Assembly: GCA_943704425.1 (NCBI GenBank)
Contig: CALSCP010002792.1
Span: 1-64,000, forward strand
Origin: Ministeria vibrans ATCC 50519
Lineage: Eukaryota; Protista; Filasterea
Direction of reading: 5' to 3'
DNA: 64,000 nt
Part shown: in pieces, positions 26,980 through 40,953 of the stretch
Layout: every line of letters starts with the position of its first letter
Numbering within the stretch: the stretch's first letter is position 1
Position numbers and translations under genes: made by a program
The notes under the pieces: generated by a model
Seen by the model: the letters and a program-made list of their open reading frames with translations, nothing else
The model's database searches: none
What the model was told of the DNA's origin: nothing

Positions 26980-27315
26980 GAGAGAATTTGAAAGAAAGGA
27001 GAAATAAATGTGTTTATATTTTATTGTGTGAGTCAAAGTTTGAAATTACTCAAATTAGTCGTGAAAAAAATCAAAATAAATTAGTTTTTGTACTATCATA
27101 GTCATGTTTTGTCAGTGAGTACAGCTCTCGATTCTCCCTTCATAATTTTGATTTTTCTTTATGAGCGCTTCGATCGCAACGGGGTTAGTCTATGGCGGAA
27201 GATTCCGTATTGTATTATTTGATAACAATAATAATTAATAATATCTTCTTCATTATAATATTTTCTTTGATATAATAAATTGGAAATGCATATGCTCGTA
27301 TTGCATTCTGCATCT

Positions 27316-29524
27316 CTACTCCTTGAGCTGCTTCAAAGCCACACGAATCTACGTCATGATTTTTAATTATTAGTAGAAGAAGAAGAAGACATTTCCAATT
27401 TATTATCAAATAAAAGCACAACAACAATAGTAACAATACTAATTACGGAGTACGAGGTATTAATAATTGAAAGTGGCGTTGAGAAAACCCAAGACGAATA
27501 ATAGATGGAGTAAATAATAATAATAATAATAATAATAATAGTAATAATATCATCAATTCTTACACGCCCAACGTGGCCCATTGGCATTTGAATGTGAAGG
27601 AGCTCGTCGTCCTGCATGCACATCAGCGCGCGGCCGTCGTAGTCATTCGTGCGCATGATATCCACACTGCTCTGAGGGATATCGACGGTGTTTTTGAGCC
27701 ATTCGCACACGTCATCAAGGCTCCATGTTGTCCAATCAACATTGTCTTGACGCAGTGGCGTTGGCAAACGCGCGCGGAACTGACGCAATATTTCCCGAGC
27801 ACACTTAAAGGCTTGACCAACCATGACAGGCTTCTGCTCGGGGTTCAGCCGAGCGGTCGCAATGTGTGTTGCCTTGTTCCCATTTTTGCGCATGTCGTTA
27901 AGCAGCTGCGTGAACTCGGAGGTGCAGTTCGGAATCTTGTCAATGCGCGAATGAAGTGTCTCTTGAGGGAACGCCGGCCCAAGGTGAAATTCAACGGCAG
28001 CTTCGCACATCACACGACAACACAGCAATGCAATAAGAGTCATTGACTCGCCATAGTACTCTTGACTCAGATTCATTGCCTAAAATAATAATGATAAGAT
28101 TTGTTAGACCGTCCTTAGGGCTATTTGCTCAAGTGACTTCACTTACCTTCGCAATTTGACCGAGGGGAGCTTGCACCAACTCCCCTGCTCCGGGGTTCCG
28201 AGAAATATCAAATAGAGTATTGCGAAGATCACACCATTCGTCGTGGGTAAACTCAGTCGGAGGATGAGGGTCGGTTGACATATCTACCGTCGAACCAGTC
28301 AGCAGAGGAGGGCGCACTTTGGTTGGTGTTGTGGACGTGATGGTGGCAGCAGGTTGGCGCATCGCAGAACGAGCGGGGCCCTTGCCTTTGACCTTGGCTG
28401 GGGACGGGACGCGGTTGGTGGGGAGGACGACTGGAAACGAGTTGAGTGTAGTGCTCGTCGCCGCCTCAAATGGTGGGGGGGGGTGAAAATATGTGCATGT
28501 ACCGGCGCGGAGATGCACACAGCTCACACCATACTTGCAAGTCCGAACTCCGGACTCTGGTGGCACTGCAGCACCCGTCACATTGCTCTTCTGCTTTGGC
28601 TCGCCGGCTGTTTTCACATGACCTCGCGCCTGGGAAGGGTGACGGGATTTGCACTTGTTTCGCGCCATGCCATCGTGGCACTCCCGCTCCAGTTTCACGT
28701 CGACAGCTGCAGGGCGTGATCCTTGCGCTGCGGCCGCTGCCGCCTCTTCTACTCGCTCTACCTTTCCAACTGGCATCCGTGCCTGCGCGAGAGATCATAA
28801 ATAAAATTATTATGTTATTTTCTTATTATAATAGGCATACCGGCTGCGGCGACAATGTATCCTTGATGAACTGAATTGTGGTTTGGTCCCCGGACTCCTT
28901 TGCCAATGTAAGCAAGGTTTTTTTGAACTTGGTCGTGATCGCTGTGCTGGCGCCGCCGTCCTCCACCAGCATACGACAGCACTCTGCGTGGCCCTTGTTT
29001 GCCGCCAGCATCAGTGCGGAGAGCCCGTCCTCATCAACCTTGTCAATGACGGCGCGCGAGGAACGCACAAGCTCTTGGACGGCGGAAATTGATCCGTTTG
29101 CGGCGGCAATGGAGAGAGGCGTGCGAAGTTTCTCATTTTTCGCATTGACATCCGCGTTGAGAGAAAGAAGGACTTTTACAACGTCTCCGTAGTCCAGAGA
29201 TGCCGCCAGCATCAATGGAGTCAGGTGACGATCGTTTTCGTGGTCGACCGGCAGAAGGTGTAGTTGAGAAAGGTCGTGGAGAACTTTCGCGTGGCGCCCC
29301 AGGACCAGCTTCACCACAATCGTGTTTCCATCGTCGTCTATCGTATTGACCAAGAGTGGAATGTCCTTGAGAGGGCGCGTCAGTTGGTTCAAGTCGCCCA
29401 TTTCCGCTGCCAGCATCAGCTAAGGGTTGACCAAAGGGAATTCAATTTATCGGAATATTATCGAGAAGCGGAGGCGCAAACTACAGACCTTGCGAAGTAC
29501 AGTGTCCGTTATTTGAGGCTCCAT
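27316..29524 (-). CDS. Ankyrin repeat - CCCH zinc finger - HEPN/DUF4145-like - SAM domain protein (~599 aa; exons 29524-29489, 29419-28841, 28782-28147, 28079-27564, 27348-27316)
   Basis: Ankyrin repeats (TPLMLAA..DVNAK, TPLSIAA, GLSALMLAA.KGH), CCCH finger CKYGVSCVHLRAGTCTYFHP, DUF4145-like CRVMCE...LHSRI...LNDMRKNGNKATH, and SAM WSLDDVCEWL...DGRALM..DELLHIQMPMGHVGR|IRVALKQL. All four introns are phase-0 GT-AG. Confidence 0.8.
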
Positions 29525-29906
29525 TTCGGGGTTCGGCAAGAATCAAGATAGGGTCGGCACGAAGTGTTCTTTTTTTTCTTGAGAAAAAAAAATAATGAGA
29601 ATAGTTATTAATTATTATTATTATTATTAATTACTCAAACATTAAATTTTCCGCTTCGTCACCGAACAGAAAATAATAACGGAGTTGATCGACATATCAA
29701 CCCTTCAGGCATCAGGATTCCAGCCCCGTCCCACTCGGACTTACTTTTAGGACCTTTGGGGGTCTCTCTAGACCATCGTTGGCGTCAAAATAAGTTTAGT
29801 CAGAGCGGAACGTTCAGTGTGTTTCATTGTTGGTATGATATCTTGTTTTTTAAAAAAAAAATATTATTCGGCACTCCCAACATTAAATTTCTTCTTTCTC
29901 CTCAGT
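29525..29906. promoter_or_regulatory. Putative bidirectional promoter between the ANK-HEPN gene and the helicase-RBR gene
   Basis: 382 bp between divergent ATGs, partly AT-rich. Inferred from geometry only. Confidence 0.45.
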
Positions 29907-32900
29907 ATGACTGACCGGGTCCCCCCTGAGCAGACTGTGGTGGTGAAAAAATGCAAAAGCGACGAAGATTTTGCTGCGCATATCGATTTGCGTCTGGTGA
30001 AAAGCTGCGCTCGTTCTGCCCACGGCGATTGCTACCTCAATTTCTACTGGGCTCCCGATGCAACCAGCGCAGCTGCAAAACTGTCTGGGGCCGGGTTCAA
30101 GGCGTACGTCAAGCCACAGACAGGGACGTACCAAGGCAAGGGCAACATTACGCTGATGGTTTCCAACACCGAGTTGCGCACAATCGCCCACCTCCTCCAA
30201 GGCGACACCGCCGCCAAAGACGTCGTTTTGCCGTTATCAAACGAGAAGACCCACGCCGTCTTCCTTGTTTTCAAGACGCGCCCTTCAGCCAATTTGTTGA
30301 AGAAAAAATTGTTGAACCTCAAGTACACTGTCGAACTCTACGATCCCGCTTCCCCCGGCTCCGCTTCTGCTTCCCATCAGTCTTGTGACGATGCTGGAGC
30401 GGGTTCCAACAAAACCGCTCAGCGCGAACGAACCGCGCACATGACAACATCAAAAAAATCAACCACTAAAAAGCCCGCCGCCGCCGCCGCCGCCGCCGCC
30501 CACACTCCTCCGGCCTATGCACCGCATCAGCACCCTCATACACGTCCTGCTGCTGCATCAGTCCAACCGTCGGCGTCACATCCGGTCGCTCGTGAGAGCC
30601 CTCCTGCTCTCCTGCAAGTGATGAATATTCCGCCAGCCAACGAAAGCGTCACCCGCATCCACAAACTAATTACTGACGCAGACATCTCTGTCCAGACCGT
30701 CTCTACAGATGGCGCCAACACCCATGGATTCTTTGCGTTTTCTTCGCCCGAGGACGCCGCTTTGGCGCAAGGCATAGTCCAGTCACTTGACCTCACCTGC
30801 ACGCTCAAACTCCGACAAGGAAAACGACCCGCACCGGCAAATCCCCGTCAAGGCGCTGCAGCTACTCATGCTGCCTCACCATCTACCTCTACGACAACTA
30901 AAAAAGCTACTACTACGACTACTACTGCTGCTGCTGCTCAACCTGCCCCTCGTCAGCCGGCCAAATCCTTTTCGCAAATCGTCAAGGAGGATGTGCCCGC
31001 TGCACTTACCGCCGCTCAAGAGCGTCTCGCTGCCCTGAACACCCAGCTGCAAAAGTTACAGCAAATTGCGCAACGCTCCCTTACTCTCAAGCAGGTTACG
31101 GACAACGTTGAGGGCCGCAAAGTTGTCGAGCAGCGCATCGACGAGATCGAGAAGGAACTTAACTCGTTCTGCAAGCGTCGCGACCAACTCCTGCATCGAC
31201 CACTCCGCGATTGTTTTGCCGCCAACGAGCTTGCGCGCGAATGCCGTCGTCTAAAGCAAGGACTTCCCATCTACGCCGTGCGCAACGAGATCATCGAGGG
31301 ACTTCAACAGAGTCGCTGCATTATTGTCGTGGGCGCCACTGGTTCAGGAAAGTGAGTTGACGCGAAAACTTTTTCACTTTTCAGTGCAATTTCTCAACCC
31401 CCCTCCCCTCTTCATTTAGATCCACACAGGTGGTCCAGTACATAGCTGACTCCCTGGCGCTTAGCCCGAACCAGTCCATCCTATGCTCGCAACCGCGCAA
31501 GTTGGCTGCAACGTCTCTCGCCGAGCGCGTCAACCAAGAGTACGGTGGCGACGCTCACGACGTTGTCTTTCAGGGGCGCTTGCTCGACCGAGACCCGCAG
31601 CATCCGCCCATTGTTTCCTTTGTGACGCACTCTTTGCTGCTGGACGAGCTCCGCGAAGACCCCAACCTGAGTCGTTTTGGCTGTGTCGTTGTTGACGAAG
31701 TGCACGAGCGCACGGTGAACGGCGACATTTGCATTGCTCTCCTGCGGTCGCTCTTCACTCGTCGCTCCGATTTTTACGTGGTGCTTACCTCGGCGACAAT
31801 GGACGCCCAGCGCTTCAGCGACTATTTCCACAGCGCCAAGATTTTCAACGTACCCGGCAAGACATTTCCCGTCCTCATCGAGTACGACTCGGGCAAGAAC
31901 TGCAGTAGCGACAATGACGGCTTCATCTCGAACGCGAAAGACCTCACTCCGCGTGCAGTTGATGCAGTCATGAAGATTCTTGTCAAGGAGAATGCTTTGG
32001 CGTCACGCGGCGCCGAGATCACCCACGCTCGCGACATTCTTGTCTTCTTACCGGGCGTTTACGAAATCACTGCCGCAATCCGATCCCTCGAGCATGACCT
32101 AAAAAAGTCCGCATTCCCCGACTTGGCTTTGTGCCTGCCCCTTCACGCCAAGCTTGAGTCGGCCGAGCAGAATCGAGCGCTTGCGCGGGCACCCGCGCAT
32201 AAGATCAAGGTGGTGTTTGCCACGACCATTGCCGAGACGTCGGTCACCATTGATGGCATCGGACACATTGTGGACACGGGCCTGGCAAACCGTCTCGTGT
32301 ACGACGAGAAGCGTGGCGTTGGCGTTGTGCGCCTTTCGCCCATCAGCCAGAGCGCCGCCAACCAACGTAGTGGTCGCGCCGGCCGCACTGCTCCCGGTGT
32401 CGCACATCGCCTGTACACAATGGACGCGTACGAGCGAATGGACACGAACGAAGTAGCCGAGATCATGCGACAACATCCTTCCGCCGCACTTCTCACCGTG
32501 ACGGGCTTTGGCGAGGATCTTCGTACTCTTAATCTGCTGAACAAGCCGACTGAGGACAGCATCGCCTCCGCTGAGGAGTATCTCGAGCTCATGGGCGCTT
32601 TTGACCGAACCACTGCAAGCTACAGCCGCGATGCCGATGGCCAGCCTCGCTATGAGATATCGCAGACGGGGCGAGTGATGCTGCGCATTCCCTTTCGCGC
32701 TCAAGAATCGCGTCTTGTCCTGGCGGGCTTTGAGCACGACGTGCTTGCAGAGTGCGCACTCATTGCCGCATTCTTCCAGAGTGACATTCCTCTGTTCCGT
32801 CGCGGCAACTCGCCCGCCGACGAGGAGGCGTTTGCTCTGGCGCGCTACAACTACCAGGATGAAGACGGCGATGCCTTTGTTGCCCTCGCCGTGTTTCGCG

Positions 32901-35886
32901 ACTGGATTGCGGCGGGAAAGTCGGCCGAGTGGCCCATGCAACACGGTGTGGCCAGAAAGCCGCTCCAGCGCGCGGTTTCACTCTACAACGAGGCACTCAG
33001 TGCTCTGGCCAATGCTCTTCCAGGCGCCGCAAAAGATCAGTGTGCTCGCGTGCGAAATCTCAGCAACGTCGACCTCGACGCGAAGATCGGCTCGGATAAG
33101 CGCCGCCTCATACGCCGAGCGCTTGCGACAGCCTACTGCAATAGCATCGCCGTCTTCAGTGGCTCCCAGTCAGCCGGATACCACTCCATGCGAGTTGGTG
33201 GCCAGGTGGTGCTGCACCCGTCCACGGCATTTTGTACCCAACAAGAAACTCCCCCGGTTGTCATGTATTGTCGTGTTGACGAAACTTCGCGCTGCTTTAT
33301 GAAGAACGTGATGCGCCTCGACGAGGCAGCGCTGCCCGAGCGCATTCGCTCTCGTCCCTTTGTGCGAAATGCTCTCAAGGACCGCCGTCTTACCTGTCGT
33401 GCCCTCGGCAAGCTTGGTAATTCCCTTTTGAAGTGCCTCAATGGACCGCGAGGCGAAACACTGCGCGAACTCGAGAGCCTCCACGATATTTGCATCTCAA
33501 TCGACTGGCACCACCACACGGTAGATGTGTGGTACGCGGACCCGGCGGGATTGGCGGGGTTCCAGAATAGCTTCCGTGACCTTCGCAGCTCGCTAGAGCT
33601 TGCCAACATTGACATTGATATGCCCTCCTCGAAGGTGCGTCTGTGCCTCAGCGCCGGTGGTCACCTTGAATCGTGCCTTTTCGAGGGCCAGTTCAACAGT
33701 GTCAACTTTACGGGATGCCCATCGCGACAGTCGATGCCGCTAGATGCGCAAGTGCGCGAGATTTTTGCGCCGGCTGGACGTGTGCTGAAACTGAACGTGT
33801 GGCCTTCCGCGACACCGACAAGCACTCGCAATGGCACAGTGACATTTGCAACGCCAGAACAGGCGGCGAGGTGCATCGACACTCTGAGCGGCCAGGTGAT
33901 GGAGTCGGGCATTCTACAGTGCACACAGGCGCAGGAGAAGCTTGTGTCGGGCACGTTGTTGCAGGGCTCCTCGGTGGTGGTGACCTGGAGCTACAGCGAG
34001 TGCACTGGAATGGCGTTTGCGAACGGACACACTGTTGAGATGGGCAAGATACTGCGCGAGTATGTGGATCGCTCGCAAAAAGGACATCCCGTCACTCTCA
34101 ACCGCCCCGGTCAACAATGCATTCCGCTGACGCTCAGGCCGAACAAGGACCCCGCGATGAAAAATTCTATTGTGATCTATAACCTACCTCCGGATGCCAC
34201 AATCCGCGAGATTGAAACTGCGTTGGGCGCCGGCTCCGGTGCCCTGACTATCACGATTCAGCGCAAGCCCATTAATGATTCTGCTACGATTGATGTGGCG
34301 ATGAATGTGGTCATGTTGCAGAGCCTGCTTGGGAGTGTCGGCGAGATCGTGTACCTGCAGACTGCTGTACCCGCCAACCTGACAAAGAACCCCAGTTTCT
34401 CCGCCATTGTCGCCTTCCGCTCGCCCACTTTTGCCCAGACGGCTCATGAGCTCTACGATGGCAAGCGCATTGACGGGCTTGGTATTTTGCCCATTGCCGT
34501 GAAACCTGACGTGTCGACCAAGTTCAAGATCCCCAGCCGTGTCTACACTGCCATGAGTCACCGCATCGCCGAGATCAAGGCAGACTCGCTCAAGACGTCG
34601 CAATGTCGCATTGGTGAGCCAATGGTGAATGGAAATTACACGACTGTGAAGGTGGATGGTGGGAGTCTTGATGAGATTCAGACGCTGAGCAAGACACTCA
34701 CAACCGTCTGTCAGGGACGACTGTTCGTGGTGCCAGACGAGATGCAGTCGGTTCTACGAGACTGTGTCATCAGCGGGGGTCCTTCCTCACGCACTCTCTT
34801 GAGCAAGTTGGAGAAGCAGACAGGTGCTGTGTCAACGATTCACATGCAGCGACTGCGCTTCTTTGGCACGGACGCTCAGATGGACTTGGCGTGCGATACA
34901 CTGATGAAGACTCTGACACGCATTGAGAAGACGAGATCGCAAGAGACACTGCGTCTCGAGCCGACTTGGCTCAAGGCGCTTGCAATGCAGAACGGTCGCA
35001 TCCAGCGCAAAGTGGAGAAAGAAATTGGCCGCGAGTTCCCCGACATCACCATCGCGTGGCGCTTTCGCAAACGAGCTGCGGACGTCATTGGCCCGCGCGA
35101 GCATGTGAAGGCGGCTTTGGGGCGTTTGCGTGCGGAGCTGGAGAACGAGACGCGAGCGCTAGGACTCGTGTCAGGCAAGACCAACGGTGGTGGTGCGGCT
35201 GATGCTGAAGTGCTCTGTCCCATTTGCATCTGTGAGCTCAGCGAAGACACCGTGCAATTACTCTTGTGTGGTCATGAGATGTGTCGGGAGTGCTTTGAGC
35301 AGATGGTCTCGTCGAACACATGCGAGTCTGAGGTGTCTCTCCCCATTACATGCCCAGTCGATGGGTGCAACAAGTCGCTCATCTCTACAGATCTGCAGCT
35401 GTACCTTACTGACGAGATGCTTGTGAGGCTCGGCAATGCGGTCCTTGCGAAACTGACGAGTGATTCGAGAAACGGTGTGGTCCACTGCCCGTCACCCAAC
35501 TGTACCGGCTATCTGTTTGCATCGCAAGGCGTTCGAACGCCAACGAGCCAGCCAGGCAAGACAGTGCTGGTGAGCCACTGCAGCGATTGTGACCATGACA
35601 TCTGCCTGGACTGCAGCAGCCAGGCGCACTCGAAACGGCTGTGTGGCGAGCCTGAAGACGCCGCTGTGCGAGCCATGCTGCTCAAACAAGGACTGCGCGA
35701 GTGCCGGTGCAAACAGATGATCCAAAAGACGGAAGGATGCAATCGCGTGACTTGCCGGTGTGGCGTCTCCGTGTGCTGGGTGTGTGGACGCCATTTTGAC
35801 TCATCGAGTGCATGCTACGCTCATTATGACGTGCGCACTGATCCATGCTATGCGAAATGTTTTACGGGGCTGTTGTACGACCAGTC

Positions 35887-35890
<4 letters not shown>
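29907..35890 (+). CDS. RRM-like - DEAH-box RNA helicase - RRM/KH-like - RBR E3 ubiquitin ligase fusion (plant DEAH11/12-like architecture), ~1970 aa, one intron 31352-31419
   Basis: GLPIY, GATGSGK|STQ, QPRKLAA, DEVHER, SAT, FLPG, TTIAETSVTI, QRSGRAGR. C-terminal RING1 (CPIC..CGH.MC.EC..CPVDGC), IBR (CPSPNC..CSDC..CLDC...H..C) and RING2 (CRC..KTEGCNRVTCRCG..CWVC). Confidence 0.9.

Positions 35891-35975
<85 letters not shown>
35889..35975. repeat. (GA)n microsatellite directly after the helicase stop codon
   Basis: Perfect GA run of ~86 bp followed by GAAA-rich repeats. Confidence 0.95.
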
Positions 35976-35981
<6 letters not shown>

Positions 35982-36142
35982 AGAAAGAAACAAAGAAAGA
36001 AAGAAAGAAAGAAACAAAGTGATAAAGAGAGAGAGAGGCAGAGACGAAGATGGAAAGACAGACAGAGAGAATAAAATCAACAATAGAATATTCTTACAAG
36101 TTTTATTGTTATTGTTTGTTTTGCATGAAAAAAAAGCGCGTC

Positions 36143-37825
36143 TCACTGACTTGTATTGTGAGAAACGATTGGGATCACAGGGGGACGCGTTGAACGAGCA
36201 CGACCGCGACCAGTTGGGGGCTCGCGATGAGTTCCACGACCGCGACCAGTTCCATGACCACTACCAATAGGGGTGTCGCGATCAGTTCCGCGACCGCGAC
36301 CAGTTGGAGTCTTGCTTGTGGACTCGCTGGCACTGGGCGTGGCCGATAGGTCCAGTGGAAGCACGGGGGGACGCGTTGAACGAGTACCACCGCGACCAGC
36401 TCCACGACCGCGACCAGTTGGGGTCTCGCTGGTGGACTCGCTGGCACTGGGCGTGGCCGATAGGTCCAGTGGAAGCACGGGAGGACGCGTTGAACGAGTA
36501 CCACCGCGACCAGCTCCACGACCGCGACCAGTTGGGGTCTTGCTGGTGGACTCGCTGGCACTGGGCGTGGCCGATAGGTCCAGTGGAAGCACGGGAGGAC
36601 GCGTTGACCGAGTACCACCGCGCCCAGCTCCACGACCGCGACCAGTTGGGGTCTCGCTGGTGGACTCGCTGGCACTGGGCGTGGCCGATAGGTCCAGTGG
36701 AAGCACGGGGGGACGCTGGTTGGCGTGTCGAACTTGACTTTGTCCATGTGTATGCCTTGGGGAGTGTGTGTTTTGAGATGGGAAAGCATAAGGATCGTGG
36801 TCAAGTGGAGTCGAAAGGGCAGCACCCGGTGAAACGAATGAATTGTCTGCACGCCACAAAGGCACTGGCTCCTTCCACTCGTACATGCTATCAAGCAGCT
36901 CTAGTCGAGCGGTTTCCTCGGCCAGCTTGGCTTCTACCCGAGCACGCACCTCTTCGGCTCTGCGGCTTTCCAGGTGCTCGGTAAGCGCGGCAAAGTCGGC
37001 AGGCGCAAGGGCAGCACGAGGGGTGAGCGTCGGGTGCACAATGAAGCAGTCAAGCATGGACAGCATGGAGAGCTGGAGCAGCACCTCGTCTTCGGCGTCG
37101 TCAAAGTCCACGTCAATCGGATAAAACATTTCCTTGGTGAGCATTCGACTGAAAATTTTGTTCTCTGTGCGCGGAGCAGAGATGATTGTGGAGCCGGGGC
37201 GGTCCGCAGTTCCATGTGAGTCAAAAAACAGCCAATGCGATGCAGTGCAGGCAACAAGGAACGACTGGGGCGAGCGAGTAATCAGTGCGCCCGCTGAGCC
37301 TGAAGCGCTATTCATGCTGTCGCGTTCAAGTGTAGACATGATGAGTTGAGCTGCAACAATGTGGAGAGGGGTGAGCCTGGGCCAGGAAGTAGAAGAAGGG
37401 AGGACGTACCAGTGTCGGGGTCGATGGTGAGATGCATTTCCCGCAGAACGCTCAAAGCGCTCTGGTACCGAGGCACCAGCTCCATAATTGCCATCGAGTC
37501 CTACGCAATGCACCATGGAGCGTAAATGGACAGCTTTTACCAGGTATGTTGGGCATACGGTGTGTTCGTCGCTTGTGAAATTTCCGCCTTGTCTCAAGAC
37601 TTCTTCAACAAGACCATCAGACACTTGTTTGGTCCGCAAACACAATAAGGCCGCTTCGAGTGCCATTACAGAGCATGAACTGATTGCATTCGCGGTGTAC
37701 TGCGTCGATCCGCTCATGTACACGTGAAAATGAGGAGAATATGTTTCGTGGTAGAACTTTAACGCCCTCTGCTTCACAGCAAACCGCGCGCTGCTTTCCT
37801 TTCGCGTCGACTCAATGTTCAACAC
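36143..37825 (-). CDS. Viral-tegument-like (VTD / peptidase C76-related) cysteine protease, putative deubiquitinase, with a repetitive RGG-rich tail; introns 37558-37501 and 37409-37351; 5' and 3' ends uncertain
   Basis: GSTQY...SSCSVMAL (Gln plus Cys at 37673-37675), EHT|DSMAIMELVPRY, ALITRSPQS and WLFFDSHG (D-x-H at 37214-37222). This Cys...FD[SP]H arrangement is typical of herpesvirus tegument DUBs and their cellular relatives. Confidence 0.68.
   Translation of the reverse strand: MLNIESTRKESSARFAVKQRALKFYHETYSPHFHVYMSGSTQYTANAISSCSVMALEAALLCLRTKQVSDGLVEEVLRQGGNFTSDEHTVCPTYLVKAVHLRSMVHCVGLDGNYGAGASVPERFERSAGNASHHRPRHWYVLPSSTSWPRLTPLHIVAAQLIMSTLERDSMNSASGSAGALITRSPQSFLVACTASHWLFFDSHGTADRPGSTIISAPRTENKIFSRMLTKEMFYPIDVDFDDAEDEVLLQLSMLSMLDCFIVHPTLTPRAALAPADFAALTEHLESRRAEEVRARVEAKLAEETARLELLDSMYEWKEPVPLWRADNSFVSPGAALSTPLDHDPYAFPSQNTHSPRHTHGQSQVRHANQRPPVLPLDLSATPSASESTSETPTGRGRGAGRGGTRSTRPPVLPLDLSATPSASESTSKTPTGRGRGAGRGGTRSTRPPVLPLDLSATPSASESTSETPTGRGRGAGRGGTRSTRPPVLPLDLSATPSASESTSKTPTGRGRGTDRDTPIGSGHGTGRGRGTHREPPTGRGRARSTRPPVIPIVSHNTSQ
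36170..36720 (-). repeat. Coding tandem repeat, 120-bp/40-aa unit, ~4 copies plus a degenerate copy
   Basis: Unit RPPVLPLDLSATPSASESTS(E/K)TPTGRGRGAGRGGTRST recurs with a 120-nt period. Confidence 0.95.
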
Positions 37826-38302
37826 TATTGTTCATTTCGGTGTAAAGCAAAGGAAAGAGGGGCTAAACTTGGATTTTTCTTTGAAGTACTTTTTAAACAA
37901 AGGGCTAAATTTTATCGCCCAGGCACAACGCACAATGAGAGTCTATTGAGTTTTAACGACCTGGCCCTTCAGATGAAGATGAAGGTACTGTAAATTAAAA
38001 ATGAATTAATTTAATTTTCAATTTATTTTAACGTCTGCGCTCCGTCAACTACGCTTTCTATAATAATTTATTATGACTGTACTTTTTATTATGGCTGTAT
38101 CATTATTATTAATGGGTTGTATTATTTTTCTTCTTCTACTTTTTATTAATTACAAAGCACCAAAAACTGCCCAGAGTCAGTTTCGAACGACAAAAGTATC
38201 GAAAGGAAGCGCAATCAGCGGATGAGCGATTAGTGAACTGTCCGTTAGTTTCAGTTTTAGAGGGATTTTTTATATCTTCTTAATTTTTATACAGAATAAT
38301 GG

Positions 38303-40953
<2,651 letters not shown>

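Noticed and set aside
36170-36720. Regularly spaced repeats as a possible CRISPR array
   Set aside because: Contiguous 120-bp tandem units with no unique spacers, in-frame coding, eukaryotic context and no cas genes.
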